A stretch of DNA of 64,000 bases from the human T2T-CHM13v2.0 reference genome, Homo sapiens. The DNA is taken from NCBI RefSeq assembly GCF_009914755.1, contig NC_060945.1. One strand, written 5' to 3'. Positions within the stretch are counted from its first letter, which is position 1, and every line of letters starts with the position of its first letter. The position numbers were made by a program, and so were the translations under genes. Of this stretch, positions 58,655-64,000 are shown one piece after another. The notes beneath the pieces are model-generated. The model had not been told where the DNA came from. It saw only the letters and a list, made by a program, of their open reading frames with translations, and made no database searches.

Positions 58655-59117
58655 TAAAGACCTGTAACATTAACCTTTGCATAGAGAAACACATAGTGGG
58701 GTTACTAGATCTGTATGTTTCACAGACTTCTGAGAGAGCTCAAGCCCCAGGAAAATAATGAAATCAAACTTTAGTGTCCAAAATTTCTTAGTAGTTTTTT
58801 ATGAAAGTCTGCAAGGAAAAGAAATAGCAACATTGAGCACTTACTATTTGACAAGTCCTTTCTGTATATTAGCCTGCTTTATCTTATCTTAGCCCTAAAA
58901 GTGTCATGAGTCCTGGTTCACATATAAAGAAACCGAGGCTTAGCAATGTAAGGATTCTTCCTTTGACTCTTTCTATGACAGGTAGTCAACAGCAAAATCA
59001 GTATTCCAACACTAGTCTATAAAACTCTAAAATTGATGTTTTCACTCTGTCACTGCTTCTCTTGCAAAACCTATTAGATATTCCCTTTATTTCTGCCCTT
59101 CATGCTTCTTTCTCTCT

Positions 59118-59453
<336 letters not shown>

Positions 59454-60732
59454 TAGTTAAATTTTCTTCCACCTACCAAGCTTCTGCTAATAAAATAATT
59501 TTTGTTTTATTAGAGTTAGCATTTATTGAGAACTATGTGGCCTAAACTGCACTGTAGGGTTTGGCACTATAAGAATAGCGTTTACAGATTTGAAAACAAA
59601 GGCTAAAAAGATTTAGTAATTGCCTACGATGAGCTTGTTGGTGAGTTCTCAAGAAAAAAATTCAATCCCTTATCCATGTAACTATAGAGTGTGCAGTTAG
59701 CCACTATTTAAAAATCTAAGCCTCAGGAAGAAAATATATATTAAAATTTCTTTTATTTCAAGTAGAGGGGATTTAATTAAATTTGTATTTTTCAAAGAGA
59801 TTTGGTTGCTTATCTCTATTCTGAAAATTCTCTTCAGCCTTTTGCTTTTTGAAAAACGATTTGCACTATGCCTAAGAAAAACAAGAACCAAACAAAATGC
59901 CACTGATATTATGGTATACCACTGCCATCTAATGGCCACTACGGCTAACAAATTGCAAATGTTTTATGATTGAAAATGACCAATGTACAATTATTAAAAT
60001 ATGGAGATGCAAGGTTGAATTTGAAGGGAAATGCTAGAGTAGTGTAATTTGATTTTATTACTTACTGTGGATCTGAGCCATCCCAAGAGTAAATACACAG
60101 TTTTAGCTCTTCCTGCGTGTGTCATGAAGTGAACATTAGTGTTAGAGGCCTTTAAACAATGAATTGTAAAAAGCAAACACACCATGTGCAGTTGGGAATT
60201 TTGCTTTAAATTTTGTAAACTTTTTGGGTAAGCACGATTTTAAGTCGCATCTATATATTTCAAAAACATTTTGGAATTAGCTGTGTGAATGCCATGCTGG
60301 GCTTGGTGACTGATACATACACTGAGCAAAACCAACTGGTGTTTTGGTCCATAGTAGCATGGATGGTACTACCGGATACAGCATTTTGGATTTTTATTGC
60401 ATGTAGATTAATGTAACACTTCATTTATCATTTGTTTGTTTGTAAATTTGTTCAAACACTTCTTTATTTGTTAGCTTATTTAAACCACTTGTGCCAGAGA
60501 TGCCTGTCCATTTTGCATGGAGAAACCAGAGATTTTGGATTCAGATATGTTTAGAACCATGAGTTGGAAGGACATTCAGTTACTCATTTAGCAAATATTT
60601 ATTGAGTTTTGGTGAGGTGTTGCACACAGAGTAAACATGACATACTCTTCTTCCCTTCAAAGTAATTGTAGAAGTATCAAGTAACTATAGAAAGCAGAAA
60701 CACAGATAGGCAAACAGAAGACAAAATATGGC

Positions 60733-63700
60733 TAGTGGGATTGAGGACATGTTACCCCAACATGTGAGACCTTGGCTTTTGAGAAAACAGCAGAGGCAGA
60801 AAGGTCACTCTCACTTTCCCATCACACTTTTCTCCTAAAGCAGACTACAAAATCCAGCGAGCTTACTCTTTGACCTTCTCTAGACCCTCATTTCAGAGGC
60901 ATCCTCCCTATACCAGGAGGAGAGAAACAGGGACACAGAAAAGAATCTGCACAAGCAGAACTTGCTAAATCCCCCCTCCCCCAGTTTATTATCACTAGAT
61001 TATGCCCTCTGTCCAATCACAATTCTTGACAACTGTTCACTCTTAATCAAACTGAAGCATTAAAATACATAAGCTTACCTGTTTGCGGGATCTTCAAATT
61101 TCTGAAGCCTCCTCTCTTACATAAAATTTATATTAAATGAATTTAAATCCTACTCAAACTATTCCTAAAAATAGTTGAAGAGGGAATATTTCCAAACTCA
61201 CTCTATGAGGCCGGTATTACCCTGATATCAAAACCAGACAAAGAAACAACAACAAAAAAGAGAAAACTACAGGTCAATATCTCTGATGTATATTGATGCA
61301 AAAATCCTCAACAAAATTCCAGCAAACTGAATTCAACAATACATTACAATGATTATTTATCATGACCAAGTGGGATTTATCCCTGGGATCTAAGGATGGT
61401 TCAACACACAGAAAATCAATCAGCATGCCACATCATATCAACAGAATGAAGAATAAAACCATATGATCATTTCAATTGATGTAGAAAAAGCATTCGAAAA
61501 AATTCAATATCCCTTCATGATAAAAACCCTCAAAAAACTGGGTATAGAAGGAACATACCTCAACATAATAAAAGCCATATATGACAGACCCACAGCTAGT
61601 ATCATACTGAATGGGGAAAAACTGAAAGCCTTTTCTCTAAGATCTGGAACATGGCATGGATGCCCACTGTCACTACTGTTATTCTTCATAATACTGGAAG
61701 TCCTAGCCAGAGCATTCAGACAAGAGAAAGATGTAAAGGGCTCCAAATTAGAAAGGAAGAAATCAGATTATCCTTGTTTGCAGATGATATGATCTTATAT
61801 TTGGAAATACCTAAAGATTTCACAAGAAAGCTATAAGTACTGTTAAATTTACTGATAAATTCAGTAAAGTTGCAGGATATAAAATCAACATACGAAAATC
61901 ATTAGCATTTCTATATTCCAACAGTGAACAATGTGAGAAAGAAATAAAAAATAGTCCCACTTACAATAGCAATACATAAAATTAGATACCCAGGAATTAA
62001 TTTAACCAAATAAGTGAAAGATCTGTATAATGAAAACTATAAAACACTGATGAAGGAAATTGAAGAGGACACCAAAAAATGGAAAAATATTCCATGTTCA
62101 TGGATTGGAAGAATCAATATTGTTAAAATGTCCCTACTACCCAAAGCAATCTACAGATTCAATGCAATTTCTGTCAAAATACCAATGACATTCATCACAG
62201 AAAAAGAAAAAAAATTCCTAACAATTATATGGAACAAGAAAACATCCAGAATAGCCAAAGCAATCCTGAGTAAAAAGAACAAAACTCGAGGAATCACATT
62301 ACCTGACTTCAAACTATACTACAGAGCTATAGCAACCAAAATGGCACGATACTGACATAAAGACTGACACGTAGACCAATGAGAATAGAGAACCCAGAAA
62401 CAAGACATGCCTATAGTGAATATATTTTTGACAAAGGTGCCAAGAACATACACTGGGGAAAAGACAGTCTCTTCAATAAATGGTGCTGGGAAAACTTGAT
62501 GTACAGATGCAGAAGAATGAAACTAGGTCCCTATCTCCAACCATATACAAAAATCAAATCAAAATGGATTAAAGACTTAAGTCTAACACCTCAAAATATA
62601 AAACTACTACAAGAAAACATTGGGGAAATTATCCAGGACATTGATCTAAGCAAAGATTTCTTGAGCAATACCCCACAAAGAGGGACAACCAAAGCAAAAA
62701 CGGATGAGTAGGATCACATCAAGTTAAAAAGCCCCTACATAGCAAAAGATACAATTAACAAAGTGAATAGACAACCCACAGAATGGGAGAAAATATTTGC
62801 AAACTACAACTAACTACTCACCTGACAAGGGATTAATAATCAGAATACATAAGGAGCTCAAACAACTCTATAGGAAAAAAAAAACCTAATATTCCAATCA
62901 AAAGATGGGCAAAAGGTCTGAATAGACATTACCCAAAATAAGACATACAAATAGAAAACAGGCATATGAAAAGTGCTCAACATCACTGATCATCAGATAT
63001 ATGCAAAAAAAGAAAACATCTAACAATGAGATATCATCTCACCCTCGTCAAAATGGCTTATACCCAAAAGACAGGCAATAACAAATGCTTGCAAGGATGT
63101 GGAGAAAAGGGAACCTCCTTGTACACTGTTGGTGGAAGTGTAAATTGGTACAACCACTATAGAGAAGAGTTTGGAAGTTCCTCAAAAAACTAAAAATTGA
63201 GCTACCATATGATCCAGCAATCCCACTGCTGGGTACATACCCAAGAGAGGAAATCTCTATATTAAAGAGATATCTGCACACCTATGTTTGTTGTGGCACT
63301 GTTTACAATAGCTAAGATTAGGAGGCAACTTACATGCCCATCAGTGGATAAATGGATAAAGAAAATGTGAAACATATACACAACGGAGTACTATTCAGCC
63401 ATAAGAAAGAATGAGATCCAGTCATTTGCAACAACATGATGGAACCGAAGAAGATCATTATGTTAAGTGAAATAAGCCAGGCACAGAAAGAAAAACATCG
63501 CATGTTCTCACTTATTTGTGGGATCTAAAAATCAAAACGGCTGAACTCATGGACATAGCAATTTGAAGGGTGGTTACCAGAGGCTAGGAAGAGTAGCGGG
63601 GGATTTGGAGAGAGGTGGTGATGGTTAATAAGTATAAAAAAAAATAGAAAGAATAAATAAGACCTACTATTTGATAGCATAATAGAGTGACTATAGTCAA

Positions 63701-64000
63701 TAATAATTCTATATTTTTAAATAACTTTAAATAACTTTTAAATAACTTTAAAGAATGTAATTGGATTGTTTGTAACTCAGACAATCGAGAGGATTTTCCA
63801 TCATGTGCTTATTTTACATTGCATGCCTGTATCAAAACATCTCATGTACCCCAAAAATATGTACACCTACTATATACCCACAAAATTTTTTAAGTAAAAT
63901 TTAAAAAAAATTAAATTGTATGCTTTTTTTTTTTTGTTAATCTGTCTTTTTTTATCGGGATCTTGGCCATGAACCTAAGATGAGAAGGAAAGATATTTCT
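60733..64000 (+). mobile_element. Second MER39-like solo LTR (60733-61144 and 63918-window end), split by L1
   Basis: Homologous to 54477-55382 (tttgagaaaacagcagaggcagaaaggtcactctcac; tgttaatctgtctttt). Confidence 0.75.
61147..63910 (+). mobile_element. 5'-truncated L1MA1/2-type LINE-1
   Basis: Broken ORF2 ([36 protein letters not shown]), L1MA 3'UTR and A-rich tail. Confidence 0.93.

Noticed and set aside
60080-60640. Cluster of forkhead-like motifs (gtaaata, gcaaaca, tgtttgt, gtaaaca)
   Set aside because: Expected by chance at this AT content; no independent support from the sequence.

Overview
AT-rich, CpG-poor primate (very probably human) genomic DNA, mostly transposable-element sequence. 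No intact cellular protein-coding gene, RNA gene or CRISPR array is supported. Every ORF with a recognisable product comes from L1 ORF2, HERV-L gag/pol/dUTPase or Alu. Main elements: a near-full-length, inactivated HERV-L provirus with two MLT2A LTRs (43970-50539); a 5'-truncated, 5'-inverted L1PA2/3-type insertion (21628-24359); two L1MA-type elements; about 11 Alus; and a dense nest of solo LTRs at 24.9-30.0 kb. I see no convincing evidence of a previously undescribed biological system. The best leads not explained by repeats are a candidate 27-nt minus-strand exon (6486-6512) and a pre-miRNA-like hairpin (57497-57548). Repeat subfamily names come from recall of consensus sequences, not a database search; boundaries of old elements are approximate.
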